From an uncultured Myxococcales bacterium (GTDB lineage Bacteria; Myxococcota; UBA727; JABDBI01): DNA of 64,000 nucleotides. Below are positions 40,468 to 50,799 of this stretch, one piece after another. Within the stretch, counting starts at the first letter, position 1, and every line of letters begins with the position of its first letter. The DNA lies in assembly GCA_964385015.1 (NCBI GenBank), contig CAYLLS010000001.1, positions 101,918 to 165,917 on the forward strand, given 5' to 3'. The translations under genes and the position numbers were made by a program. Under the pieces are notes generated by a model that worked only from the letters and a program-made list of their open reading frames with translations, was not told the origin of the DNA and ran no database searches.

Positions 40468-42993
40468 TTATTCGTTTAATATAGTTTTCATTATATGATT
40501 AGATGTAAAGTTTTTTGTTCTTTTTTTATTATTTAATTTTGATAATAGATGTTGTGCATTTTGAATAATTGAATTTGGCAAACCTGCTAATTTAGCTACT
40601 TCTATTCCATAGCTTTTATTTAATGATCCATATTGTAATTTATATGGAAATTTAATTTGATTATTTTGATAATATGCTGATACATGCATATTTGTTAAAT
40701 TTTTAATTTTTTTAGATAGTATTGTGATTTCGTAATAGTGTGTTGTAAAGATTGTTCGTGCATGTATATATTTATGTATATATTGAATAATAGATGATGC
40801 TAATGATAATCCATCAAATGTACTTGTTCCTCTACCTATTTCATCTAATAAAATTAAAGATGATGATGTAGCATTATGTATGATATTAGAAGTTTCATTC
40901 ATTTCTATCATAAATGTTGAATTGCCTTGGTAAATGGCATCTGATACACTAGCTCTTAAAAAAATTCTGTCACATAAACTGATAATGGCTTTTTTGGCAG
41001 GAACAAAACAACCACTTTGTGCTAGTATTTGTATTATTGCTATTTGTCTTATAATAGTACTTTTGCCACCCATATTTGGTCCTGTTATGATAATTGTTGT
41101 ATTGTTTTTCTTATTCATAAATATATTATTAGAAATAAATTTTTTATTTTTTTCGTTAGATAATGCTTCCATAACAGGATGTTTCCCATTTATAATTTCA
41201 ATAGTACGTTTGTCTTGAGGCAAGATTTTAGGACATGTATATTGATATTTATGGCTTATATGTGCAAATGCTAACATTACATCTAATTCTGCTATAATAT
41301 TAGATATATTTATGAACATTAAATATTCTTTAATAATTATATTGCGCAAGTTTTGTAATAATTCTTTTTCTCTATTTTCTTTTTTAAAGTTATAATCATT
41401 TAATGTAATAGTTATATTTTGTAATGTTGTTGTAACAAATTTTGTATGATTAGAATTACTTTGTTTTTTTTTATAATATTTTGGTATTTTATGTAAATGA
41501 GTTTTAGTAACTTCAATGCAATATCCAAATATTTTATGATATTTGATTTTTAAATTATTGATATTTGTATGTTTTTTTTCTTTGTTTTCTATTATAGATA
41601 AATTTTTAATTTGATTATTATATATTTTAGTTAAAGTATCTAAAGTTGTATCAAATCCTTTTCTAAAAATATTATTATTATCTTGTTGATTGAATTTGTT
41701 GTTAAATGTTTTATGTAATATATTCAAAATTTTATTATCACATGTTATTGTTCTTATGATTTCTTGAATAGTTTTTGAAGGTGATGTGTATAGTGTTTTT
41801 ATAATAATTGGTATGTATTGTAATGTTTCATATAATTGTAAAAAACATTTTTTATTTATTATATTCATTGATAATTGAGAAAATAATCTTTCTATATCAA
41901 AAATATGTGTTAATAATCTTTGTAATTGTTCTTTAGTATTAATGTTATGTATTAGTGCCGATACTATGTTTTGTCTGTGAATGATTAGTTTTATTGAAGT
42001 TGATGGTGCAGTTAAAATTTTTTTTAGATATCTTCCTCCCATGGCAGTTTTAGTATGATCTATAAAATCAATTAAATTGTTTTTTTCATTATTATTTGTT
42101 TTGACATTTCCTATATTAAGGTTTTTATTTGTTAAATGATCAATCATTAGATGTTCTTCTATACTGTAAGGCTTAGGAGGTTTTATATGTAATGGAATAT
42201 TTTTTTGAGTTTCTTTAATATAAGATAATATTAATTTAATAGATGATAATGCATGTTGGTTTTTATCATTGTAAAACCAATTATCTAACATGCCAAATTG
42301 TTTTAAGATATTATTGCTATTATAAATAGTTTGTAATTTAACGATTGATTCTATATTGTTTAATATGTTTTTAGCTTTATATTTTAATGATTGTTTGTCA
42401 TTATCAAAAGCTAATATAATTTCAGGTGGTGATATCCTTTTGATTTCATGTATAATAATATGTTCATTTGAAGAAGTAGTGCTTAAAAATTCTCCAGTTG
42501 AAATATCTATCATGCTAATAGCTAATATATTATGGCCAATAATTAAACTTAATAAATAATTAATATCTTTTGGTTTTAATCCGTCATTATTTTGCATTGT
42601 ACCAGGTGTAATAATTCTAGTAATTTCTCTTTTTATTAGTGCTGATTTTGATGTTGTATCTTGCTTGATTTGATCACAGATGGCTATTGTAAAGCCATTA
42701 GCCATTAATTTTGAAATGTAATGTGATGAATGTTTATATGGGAATCCTGCCATTGGGATGTATGATGTATTATTTTTTTGTCTTGCTGTTAATGTTAAAT
42801 TAAGAATTGGAGCTGTTATTTCTGCATCTTTGTAAAACATTTCATAAAAATCACCTAACCTAAATAATACTATAGCATTTTTAGCTTGTTGTTTAGCTGA
42901 TAACCATTGTTTTAACATAGGTGTAATTTTTGTGGATGATGTATTCAAGTGCTTAATGTAATTGTTTTTTTTCATAAAAATATTCTTTTCCAT
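40468..42993 (-). CDS. mutS: DNA mismatch repair protein MutS
   Basis: 841 aa; mismatch-binding N-terminus (TPMLKQWLSAKQQ...GDFYEMF), Walker A GPNMGGKSTIIRQ, C-terminal HTH region. Confidence 0.9.
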   Translation of the reverse strand: MEKNIFMKKNNYIKHLNTSSTKITPMLKQWLSAKQQAKNAIVLFRLGDFYEMFYKDAEITAPILNLTLTARQKNNTSYIPMAGFPYKHSSHYISKLMANGFTIAICDQIKQDTTSKSALIKREITRIITPGTMQNNDGLKPKDINYLLSLIIGHNILAISMIDISTGEFLSTTSSNEHIIIHEIKRISPPEIILAFDNDKQSLKYKAKNILNNIESIVKLQTIYNSNNILKQFGMLDNWFYNDKNQHALSSIKLILSYIKETQKNIPLHIKPPKPYSIEEHLMIDHLTNKNLNIGNVKTNNNEKNNLIDFIDHTKTAMGGRYLKKILTAPSTSIKLIIHRQNIVSALIHNINTKEQLQRLLTHIFDIERLFSQLSMNIINKKCFLQLYETLQYIPIIIKTLYTSPSKTIQEIIRTITCDNKILNILHKTFNNKFNQQDNNNIFRKGFDTTLDTLTKIYNNQIKNLSIIENKEKKHTNINNLKIKYHKIFGYCIEVTKTHLHKIPKYYKKKQSNSNHTKFVTTTLQNITITLNDYNFKKENREKELLQNLRNIIIKEYLMFINISNIIAELDVMLAFAHISHKYQYTCPKILPQDKRTIEIINGKHPVMEALSNEKNKKFISNNIFMNKKNNTTIIITGPNMGGKSTIIRQIAIIQILAQSGCFVPAKKAIISLCDRIFLRASVSDAIYQGNSTFMIEMNETSNIIHNATSSSLILLDEIGRGTSTFDGLSLASSIIQYIHKYIHARTIFTTHYYEITILSKKIKNLTNMHVSAYYQNNQIKFPYKLQYGSLNKSYGIEVAKLAGLPNSIIQNAQHLLSKLNNKKRTKNFTSNHIMKTILNE

Positions 42994-43001
42994 TTATTAT
43001 A

Positions 43002-43427
43002 TCATATGCGTATTTTTTTTAAATGTTTTTTTTGAAAGTTATTAGGCAATAGATTTTTTAAAGTTTGAATTTTTATTGTATTATCTTTTTTACTAGAAAT
43101 TATTATAATATTAGGCGAAAATTCTGATAATACTTGTCTACATGATCCACATGGCCATATGTTATAATATGTGTTCGTAAATATTGCTATTTCTGTAAAA
43201 TTTTTAATGCCAATACTAACAGCTTTAGCAATGGCTACTCTTTCTGCACAAATAGTTTCACTATATGCAGCATTTTCTATGTTGCATCCTAAAAATATTT
43301 TATTATTTTTTGTCCTTAATGCTGTGCCTACGTAAAATTTAGAATATGGAGCATATGCAAAATGATATGCTGTTTTAGCTAATGTTACTAGATGGAAATA
43401 TTTCATGTGTTGTGATAATTCATTCAT
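43002..43427 (-). CDS. cdd: Cytidine deaminase (small homotetrameric type)
   Basis: 141 aa; zinc ligands CAERVAIAKA and PCGSCRQVL. Confidence 0.8.
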   Translation of the reverse strand: MNELSQHMKYFHLVTLAKTAYHFAYAPYSKFYVGTALRTKNNKIFLGCNIENAAYSETICAERVAIAKAVSIGIKNFTEIAIFTNTYYNIWPCGSCRQVLSEFSPNIIIISSKKDNTIKIQTLKNLLPNNFQKKHLKKIRI

Positions 43428-43575
43428 ACTAATAGATCATTGTGAAATATGTATTAATTTATTATAAAATATATGTGGTGTAATTTTATAATTATTTTTT
43501 ATATAATTATTATACATAATAATTGATATTTTTATTTATAATAATAATAAATTTATATTTAAAAAATCATTATTT

Positions 43576-44523
43576 TTAATTTAATATTTTATTTAATAAT
43601 TGAAGTACATAATTATCAATGGAATATTTGTCATGTGATAATATATGACATATATTTTTAATATTTTTTTTAATGTATGGATCATAATATAGTGATTTTA
43701 GTAAAATATTTTTTATATTAGTGATAAATAATGTTTTTATTTGCTTATATCTTTTATTATAGAATGAATGATTGTCTTTGTTAGTGTTGATTTGTTGTGT
43801 TATTATGTTCCAAATTTTAGTTATGCCTTTATTATATAAAGCATTAATATTATATATATTTGTTTTATCTGTTGTATGGGATATTTGTTTCATTTCAAAA
43901 TTTATATTATTGTTCATATAATTTTTATTAAGTAAAATTATGTTAGCTAATTCTATAGTACCTTTTTTTATATTTTGCAGTGTGTATGTAGACATTGATT
44001 TTAATAGTATTATAAATATATCTGATATATGGCAAACATCATGTTCTGATTGTCCTATTCCTAATGTTTCTATTAAAATTATTTCACAACCATATGCTTC
44101 CATTAGTAATATTGTATTATATGTGCTATTAGAAATGCCTTCTACATTATTATATGATGGAATGGATCTTATATATGCATTATTGTGTGTATATACTTTT
44201 GTCATTATAGTTTTATCTGCCAATATAGATCCACCTGATATTGGGCTACTAGGATCTATAGTTAAAATACCAATTGTTTTTTTCTTTTTAATCAATAATG
44301 AACCAAATGCATTTATAAAAGTACTTTTGCCTACACCTTGCATTCCAGATATTCCGATTCGTATAGAATGTTGAGTATATGGGAAAATATAATTAATAAT
44401 ATGAATTATATTTTGAATATTATCATATTTTTTATTTTCTATAATAGTAATTAATTTGCTAAGAGATCTTCTATGTGTATTAATTAGTCTTTGACATAAA
44501 ATATTAATATTATGTTTAATCAT
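43576..44523 (-). CDS. meaB: Methylmalonyl-CoA mutase-associated G-protein chaperone MeaB/ArgK
   Basis: 315 aa; P-loop GISGMQGVGKSTFI; directly downstream of and co-directional with the mutase (ATGA overlap at 44523). Confidence 0.8.
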   Translation of the reverse strand: MIKHNINILCQRLINTHRRSLSKLITIIENKKYDNIQNIIHIINYIFPYTQHSIRIGISGMQGVGKSTFINAFGSLLIKKKKTIGILTIDPSSPISGGSILADKTIMTKVYTHNNAYIRSIPSYNNVEGISNSTYNTILLMEAYGCEIILIETLGIGQSEHDVCHISDIFIILLKSMSTYTLQNIKKGTIELANIILLNKNYMNNNINFEMKQISHTTDKTNIYNINALYNKGITKIWNIITQQINTNKDNHSFYNKRYKQIKTLFITNIKNILLKSLYYDPYIKKNIKNICHILSHDKYSIDNYVLQLLNKILN

Positions 44524-46631
44524 TATGTTAATAGTTTTAATAATTGTTTTGCTATAGTCAATGTTTTTGTATCGGGCGTAAAAATAGCAGATACTCCTTG
44601 ATTCAATAATTTTTTATGATCAATAATAGGAATAATGCCTCCTAATATAATTAGGATATCATTAGCATTACGTTGTTTTAATATATTAATTAGTTGAGGA
44701 ATTAATGTAATATGTGTAGCAGTTAGTGATGATATGCCTATAATATCAACATCATTTTCTATCGCATTTTTAGCTATATATTCTGGTGTTTGAAATAGTG
44801 GATTAATATCTATATTAAATCCTAAATCAGCTAATGCTGAAGCAATAAAATGCATGCCCCTATCATGTCCGTCTTGACCAATTTTAGTAAGTAAGATTCT
44901 TGGTTTTTTTCCTCTTGTATTTGTAAAAATATTTATTTTTTTTAAAAAATTTTTAAATTCTTGTTCATTATTATAATATTTTTTATATATATTTGTATTT
45001 AACTTATATGTCATATTATATCTATGAAAAACATTTTCTAATATTAAACTTATTTCTCCTATAGTTGCACGTGCTCTAATTGCGTTAATTGTCAGATATA
45101 ATAAATTATGATTTGTTTTTGCACCTTGTAAAAGTTCATATAAACATTGTTTTACTTTAATATTATTTCTTTTATTTTTAATATTCTTTATATTTTTTAT
45201 TTGTTCTAATATGATGTTATTATTATGAATGATTTTTAATGGTATATGATGTGTTTCTGTTGATTGATATTTGTTTAATCCAATAATAATTTTATCACCA
45301 TTCTCTATTAATGTTTGATTTTTAGTAGCGCTTTCTTCTATCCATTGTTTAGGTATGCCATTTATAATTGCTTGTGTCATCCCTCCTAAATTATCAATTT
45401 TATTTATGATTTTTAATGTTTGTATGATCATTTTTTCTGTTAATGCTTCTATTAAATATGAACCTCCAAATGGATCTACTGTTTGACATATGCCAGTTTC
45501 ATATTGTAAAATTAATTGGGTGTTTCTAGCAATTTTTGCTGCAAAATCACTTGGTAATGCTAATGCTTCATCAAATGAATTAGTATGTAATGATTGTGTT
45601 CCTCCAAAGATTCCAGCCATTGCTTCAATTGTAGTTCTAATTATATTATTATAAGGATCTTTAGCTTGTAAACTCCATCCAGATGTTTGGCAATGAGTTC
45701 TTAACATTTTAGATTTTGGATTATTAGGTGAAAATTTTTTTATTAAATTATGCCATAAAATTCTAGCTGCTCTAAGTTTAGCTATTTCCATATAGAAATT
45801 CATTCCTAATGCAAAAAAGAAACTAATTCTAGGTGCAAATTGGTCAATTTTTAATCCTCTATTTAATGCTTGTTGCACATATTCTATTCCATTGCTTAAT
45901 GTTAAGCCTAATTCTAAAGCTAAATTAGCTCCAGCTTCATGAATGTGGTATCCACTGATACTAATAGAATTGAATAGTGGCATTTCTTTTGATATATATT
46001 CTATAGTATCGATTGCTATGCGCATTGATTGTTTTGGAGGATAAATGAAAGTATTTCTTACTAAGAATTCTTTTAAAATATCATTTTGTATAGTGCCTTT
46101 GATAAATTTTTTATTAACACCATTTTCTTCTGCAGTTACAATTAATGTTGCTAATATAGGTAAAACAGCACCACTTATTGTCATAGATATACTTGTTTTA
46201 TCTAAAGGAATATTTTTTAGTAATTGTTTCATGTCTTCTATAGAATCGATAGCAACTCCAGTTTTTCCAACATCTTCACTAATGTTATTATTATCTGAAT
46301 CATAACCTCTATGCGTAGGCAGATCAAAAGCTATTGATATTCCTGTTTGTCCAGATTGTAAGTTTTTTCTATAAAACATGTTTGTTTCTTTAGCTGTAGC
46401 GAATCCACCATATTGTCGAATCGTCCAAGGTTTATTGGCATACATAGTGGCTTTATGTCCTCTTTTATATGGTGGACATCCAGAATATTCATTTTTTTTA
46501 ATATTTTTAATATTTTCATATGTATATATCGGATAAATATTGATATCTTCCTCTGATTTTTTAATTAATTTATATAATTTTTTATTAATAAGCTCTTGTT
46601 CTGCTATTTTTTCCCATTTATTAAAATTCAT
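44523..46631 (-). CDS. Methylmalonyl-CoA mutase (single-chain, with C-terminal B12-binding domain)
   Basis: 702 aa; TIM-barrel substrate domain (RTIRQYGGFATAKETN, FFALGMNF) and C-terminal cobalamin motif GQDGHDRG (DxHxxG). Confidence 0.85.
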   Translation of the reverse strand: MNFNKWEKIAEQELINKKLYKLIKKSEEDINIYPIYTYENIKNIKKNEYSGCPPYKRGHKATMYANKPWTIRQYGGFATAKETNMFYRKNLQSGQTGISIAFDLPTHRGYDSDNNNISEDVGKTGVAIDSIEDMKQLLKNIPLDKTSISMTISGAVLPILATLIVTAEENGVNKKFIKGTIQNDILKEFLVRNTFIYPPKQSMRIAIDTIEYISKEMPLFNSISISGYHIHEAGANLALELGLTLSNGIEYVQQALNRGLKIDQFAPRISFFFALGMNFYMEIAKLRAARILWHNLIKKFSPNNPKSKMLRTHCQTSGWSLQAKDPYNNIIRTTIEAMAGIFGGTQSLHTNSFDEALALPSDFAAKIARNTQLILQYETGICQTVDPFGGSYLIEALTEKMIIQTLKIINKIDNLGGMTQAIINGIPKQWIEESATKNQTLIENGDKIIIGLNKYQSTETHHIPLKIIHNNNIILEQIKNIKNIKNKRNNIKVKQCLYELLQGAKTNHNLLYLTINAIRARATIGEISLILENVFHRYNMTYKLNTNIYKKYYNNEQEFKNFLKKINIFTNTRGKKPRILLTKIGQDGHDRGMHFIASALADLGFNIDINPLFQTPEYIAKNAIENDVDIIGISSLTATHITLIPQLINILKQRNANDILIILGGIIPIIDHKKLLNQGVSAIFTPDTKTLTIAKQLLKLLT

Positions 46632-46674
46632 ACATACATCCTGTTAATTAAATTGTGTTTTTTAAATATTAATT

Positions 46675-47433
46675 TTATATATTAGTAAATCCATTTACAA
46701 TATATTTGATTTTATATATTATTTTTTTTATGTTAATATTCGCATTGCATTCTAATGTAATAAGTACTTTATAATTTTTATTATTGTATTGAGGATATGA
46801 TCCAATATTAATATAATTGTATTTTTTTTGTATTTGAGTTAATTTTTTAGCAAATTGTGATTCTGATTTATGTGTATATATAACAATTTTTTGTTGTTGT
46901 AATCCATAAAAATGATATTTTATTATGTTTGTGAATTTAATAAATAATGCTGGAACTCCAGGAAGAATATAAACATTTTTAACTATTATTAATGGTAACA
47001 GTAATGATTTGTGAGTAATTATTTTACATGTATTAGGAAATGTAAACATTTTTTTTTGTATATTATTTGTTATAATATTTTTATAATTAATATTATGAAA
47101 TTTAGCTATTTGTTGTAATATATGTTTTTTATATTGTAGTTTTAGATTAAAAGCTTTAGATATTGAATAATATGTTTTATCGTCATGTGTAGGACCTATT
47201 CCACCAGAAGTAAATATATAATTAAATTTGCTTGATAAATGTTTGATAGAGTTAGCAATTTGTAAAACATTATCTTTTATTATTTCTATTTTATTTAAAG
47301 ATATGCCTCTATTAAACAGCATATTTGATAAAATGAAAATATTCTGATCTTGTATGTTGCCAGTTAATATTTCACTTCCTATAATGATTGCTGCTGCAGT
47401 TATATTATATGATGACAAATGTTTATATATCAT
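46675..47433 (-). CDS. CinA-family / MoCF-biosynthesis-domain protein (N-terminal domain only)
   Basis: 252 aa; AAIIIGSEILTGNIQDQNIFILSNMLFNRGISL...FTSGGIGPTHDDKTY is the molybdopterin-binding (CinA N-terminal) fold signature. Confidence 0.6.
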   Translation of the reverse strand: MIYKHLSSYNITAAAIIIGSEILTGNIQDQNIFILSNMLFNRGISLNKIEIIKDNVLQIANSIKHLSSKFNYIFTSGGIGPTHDDKTYYSISKAFNLKLQYKKHILQQIAKFHNINYKNIITNNIQKKMFTFPNTCKIITHKSLLLPLIIVKNVYILPGVPALFIKFTNIIKYHFYGLQQQKIVIYTHKSESQFAKKLTQIQKKYNYINIGSYPQYNNKNYKVLITLECNANINIKKIIYKIKYIVNGFTNI

Positions 47434-47624
47434 ATGTTTTAATGAAAATTATTTTTTATATCAATTGTATGTTTTATATTATAAAATTAAATTTGACTAG
47501 TTTTAATGTTTTTTTATTCATGGCATGTTTCATATATTGTGTATATAAAAATTATTATTTATTTATTTATTGATGCAGTTTTGTTAAAATCATCAATATT
47601 GATTTGAATGTAGGTTAATAAAAA

Positions 47625-49181
47625 ATGTTTGATATTATTTCTAATGGTTTTATGAAAGCTAAAAATTTTTTAATTGGCAAAAATTATATTACAGAAGAAA
47701 ACATTTGCAAAGCGCTTGAAGATGTTAAAATATCTTTGTTAGAAGCGGATGTAGAATATAATGTAGTTCAATCTTTTTTAAATAGAGTAAAAAATAAATG
47801 TATAGGAATAAATATTGTTACTAAAATTAAAACTAATGTTTCTAAATTAAAATTAACTGCGTCAGAGTATTTTATTGAAATTTGTTTTGAAGAATTGAAG
47901 TCTTTAATAGGATCAACTAATACATCTATTAAAATTATAAAAGATAGAATTAATACTATTATGTTGGTTGGTTTGCAGGGATCAGGGAAAACAACATCTA
48001 TAGGGAAATTAGCTTTATTATTGAAAAAACAAGGCCATACCCCTATATTAGTTGCTGCTGATAATCGTAGAGCAGCAGCCATTGAACAATTAGTTATTAT
48101 AGGTGAAAAAATAAAAGTTCCAGTATTTTATGATAATATGTTATCTGCTTCAGAAATTTGTAAACTTGCTCATAAAGAAGCAATTAAATTTAATAGTAAT
48201 GTAATCTTATTTGATACAGCTGGAAAAATGTTTATAAATGATCATTCTATATCAGATTTAAAAGATATCAGAACTAGTTTTGTTTTAGATTATGTGCTTT
48301 TAGTAGTGGATGCTATGACTGGTCAAGACGCCGTTAAAATGGCTCATAAATTTGATCAACAATTAAATTTAGATGGGTTTATATTAACCAAGTTAGATGG
48401 TGATGCTAGAGGTGGTGCAGCTTTATCAATTAAAGATGTAACTGGCAAACCTATTAAATTTTTAGGAGTAGGTGAAAAACTTGAAGATTTAGAACCATTA
48501 AGGGCAGATGGATTGGCTAGTAGAATTTTAGGAATGGGAGATATAGTAGGTTTAGTTAAAGATTTCAAAAAACATGTTAATCATGATATAGCGAAAAGTG
48601 AAGTTAATAGACTGAGGAAAGGGAAATTTGATTTGCAAGATTTTTTAAAAACTATTAAAACCATTAATAGAATGGGTCCATTAAATAACTTAATTAATAA
48701 AATACCTGGATTTCATGATAAGTCATCATTAAATGAGTTAGATAAAAATTTTAATTTTAAAAAATATGAATCTATTATATTGTCAATGACTTATAAAGAA
48801 AGAGTTAATCCACAATTAGTATATAACGATAATTCTAGGCTAACACGTATTGCGTTAGGTTCTGGCAATAATATTTCTGAAGTTATACAACTTTTACAAT
48901 ATTTTTTTGAAATACAGAAAATTTTTAAAGCATCTAGTATGAAATCTAATTATTTTGCTAAGTTTTTTAATATTAATAAAATGAGCAATTATATGAATCA
49001 GTATAAATATAAAAATGTTAATATTAATGATTATAATGCATCTAAAGATATGTTATTAAATCATAATATAAATTTGCATAAAAAATCATTAGATTTTAAA
49101 AATACAAATAGTATAAAGTATAAAAAAAATCAACGTAAACATAAAAAAAATTCACGCAAGAAAAATAGAATCAAGAAATAA
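47625..49181 (+). CDS. ffh: Signal recognition particle protein Ffh, with a long basic C-terminal tail
   Basis: 518 aa; G-domain motifs MLVGLQGSGKTTSIGKLA, DTAGK, TKLDGDARGG; M-domain start FDLQDFLKTIKTINRMGPL. Confidence 0.9.
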   Translation: MFDIISNGFMKAKNFLIGKNYITEENICKALEDVKISLLEADVEYNVVQSFLNRVKNKCIGINIVTKIKTNVSKLKLTASEYFIEICFEELKSLIGSTNTSIKIIKDRINTIMLVGLQGSGKTTSIGKLALLLKKQGHTPILVAADNRRAAAIEQLVIIGEKIKVPVFYDNMLSASEICKLAHKEAIKFNSNVILFDTAGKMFINDHSISDLKDIRTSFVLDYVLLVVDAMTGQDAVKMAHKFDQQLNLDGFILTKLDGDARGGAALSIKDVTGKPIKFLGVGEKLEDLEPLRADGLASRILGMGDIVGLVKDFKKHVNHDIAKSEVNRLRKGKFDLQDFLKTIKTINRMGPLNNLINKIPGFHDKSSLNELDKNFNFKKYESIILSMTYKERVNPQLVYNDNSRLTRIALGSGNNISEVIQLLQYFFEIQKIFKASSMKSNYFAKFFNINKMSNYMNQYKYKNVNINDYNASKDMLLNHNINLHKKSLDFKNTNSIKYKKNQRKHKKNSRKKNRIKK

Positions 49182-49245
49182 TTTTTGTAGAAATAGTGTA
49201 GATATAGTATTATCATATATGAAGTAGTTATGTGGTATATAGATT

Positions 49246-50799
49246 ATGTATAGTTATAAAAAAATATTAAAGTCATTAACAGCTGTAAGTTATTTGTATA
49301 ATAAAAATATCTATAATGATAATATGTCTAAATTAATTTGTATTAGTAATAAAGTTATTATAAAAAATATAATAATGTTAGTTAAAAAAGAAATATTGCA
49401 TCGTATTTCAATAAAAAGGAAAACATGTGTTTTTATTATATGTAATATTAGTATTAATAAATTACCAAGTTATATAATTAAAAAATTTTTAAGTAGATAT
49501 GACTTGAGAATTAAGATATTTTGCATTAATTATCATTGTAATGTTTATTATGACGTTAACTTGGAAAGATGTATTATTATTAATAAATTATTAGATATAC
49601 AAAAAATAGCAACATGTTTAGTAAAATATAATCCAAAATTCATTATTGATATTATTTCTAATTTATATCATTATAATATATTTAATCAATTAAACTATAA
49701 TATTATTGACTTTATTAATAAGTATAAAATTTGTAATAAAGTTAGTATAGTATCAATAAATTTACCATCATCCTTATCTTTTAATGTTTATGAAAAAGAA
49801 TATTCTTCAATTATCTTTTCTGACATAACAATATCATTTGTTGGATTACATTTATTACATGTTTTAGAATTAAATATGATATATGTTGGTCAAGTTTTAT
49901 GTTTTAGAGTTGGAAATGTATTTCATAATGATAAGCAAATAAAAATTTTTAATATTATGCAAGATAATTATATATTAAATGATATATTTAAATCAATTTC
50001 TAATTATCAACATAAAGGATCTTTTGGATATTTATCTATTTTAGCAGGTGATATGAATACAATAGGTGCATGCAAATTATCAATGTTAGCTGGATTAAAG
50101 AGTGGAATAGGTAATATAATATTAGTGGTTAGTAATAATAATGAATATTATAGCTATTATAAATCTGAAATTGTAAAATTTCATATTCAAGATTTTTTAA
50201 AACATGCTATTAGTAAAAAAATTAATGCTTTTATTTTTGGTCCAGGATTAGGAAAGTCTATATTAAAACAGAAAGATGTTAAAATTTTGTTTAGTTTTGC
50301 TGCTAATAATAATATTCCAATGATTATTGATGCTGAAGCTTTATTTGTATTGAAATTATTTGGGTTAAATTTTAATAATTGTAATATTATTGCTACACCT
50401 CATCCAGGTGAGGCTGCAAAATTATTAAATATTAATGTATCTTGTATACTTCATAATAAAATCATGGCTATGCATAATTTAATAAACATGAAAATTAATC
50501 AAGTATCTAATATTGTATGGTTATTAAAAGGGTCTTGCCCGATAATAGGAATGAAGGGTATGCCATTATTTATTTATGAAGGGTTGGTATCAAGTTTAAG
50601 TATAGCTGGTAGCGGAGATGTATTATCTGGTATGATTGGAGCACTTTTAGCACAATCTTATAGTTTAATGGATAGTTGTTTGTTAGCTGTCAATACTCAT
50701 TTATCAATAGGCAAAGTATTAAATAAAAAATATAAAAGGGGACATTTAGCTAGTGATATTGCAAATTGTATTCCTAGTATTTTATTTAATAAAAATTAA
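49246..50799 (+). CDS. nnr: NAD(P)H-hydrate repair enzyme Nnr (YjeF_N epimerase-like half fused to ADP-dependent dehydratase half)
   Basis: 517 aa; C-terminal carbohydrate-kinase-like domain (GSFGYLSILAGDMNTIGACKLS..., GPGLGK, SIAGSGDVLSGMIGALLAQ). The N-terminal half is only weakly YjeF_N-like. Confidence 0.7.
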   Translation: MYSYKKILKSLTAVSYLYNKNIYNDNMSKLICISNKVIIKNIIMLVKKEILHRISIKRKTCVFIICNISINKLPSYIIKKFLSRYDLRIKIFCINYHCNVYYDVNLERCIIINKLLDIQKIATCLVKYNPKFIIDIISNLYHYNIFNQLNYNIIDFINKYKICNKVSIVSINLPSSLSFNVYEKEYSSIIFSDITISFVGLHLLHVLELNMIYVGQVLCFRVGNVFHNDKQIKIFNIMQDNYILNDIFKSISNYQHKGSFGYLSILAGDMNTIGACKLSMLAGLKSGIGNIILVVSNNNEYYSYYKSEIVKFHIQDFLKHAISKKINAFIFGPGLGKSILKQKDVKILFSFAANNNIPMIIDAEALFVLKLFGLNFNNCNIIATPHPGEAAKLLNINVSCILHNKIMAMHNLINMKINQVSNIVWLLKGSCPIIGMKGMPLFIYEGLVSSLSIAGSGDVLSGMIGALLAQSYSLMDSCLLAVNTHLSIGKVLNKKYKRGHLASDIANCIPSILFNKN

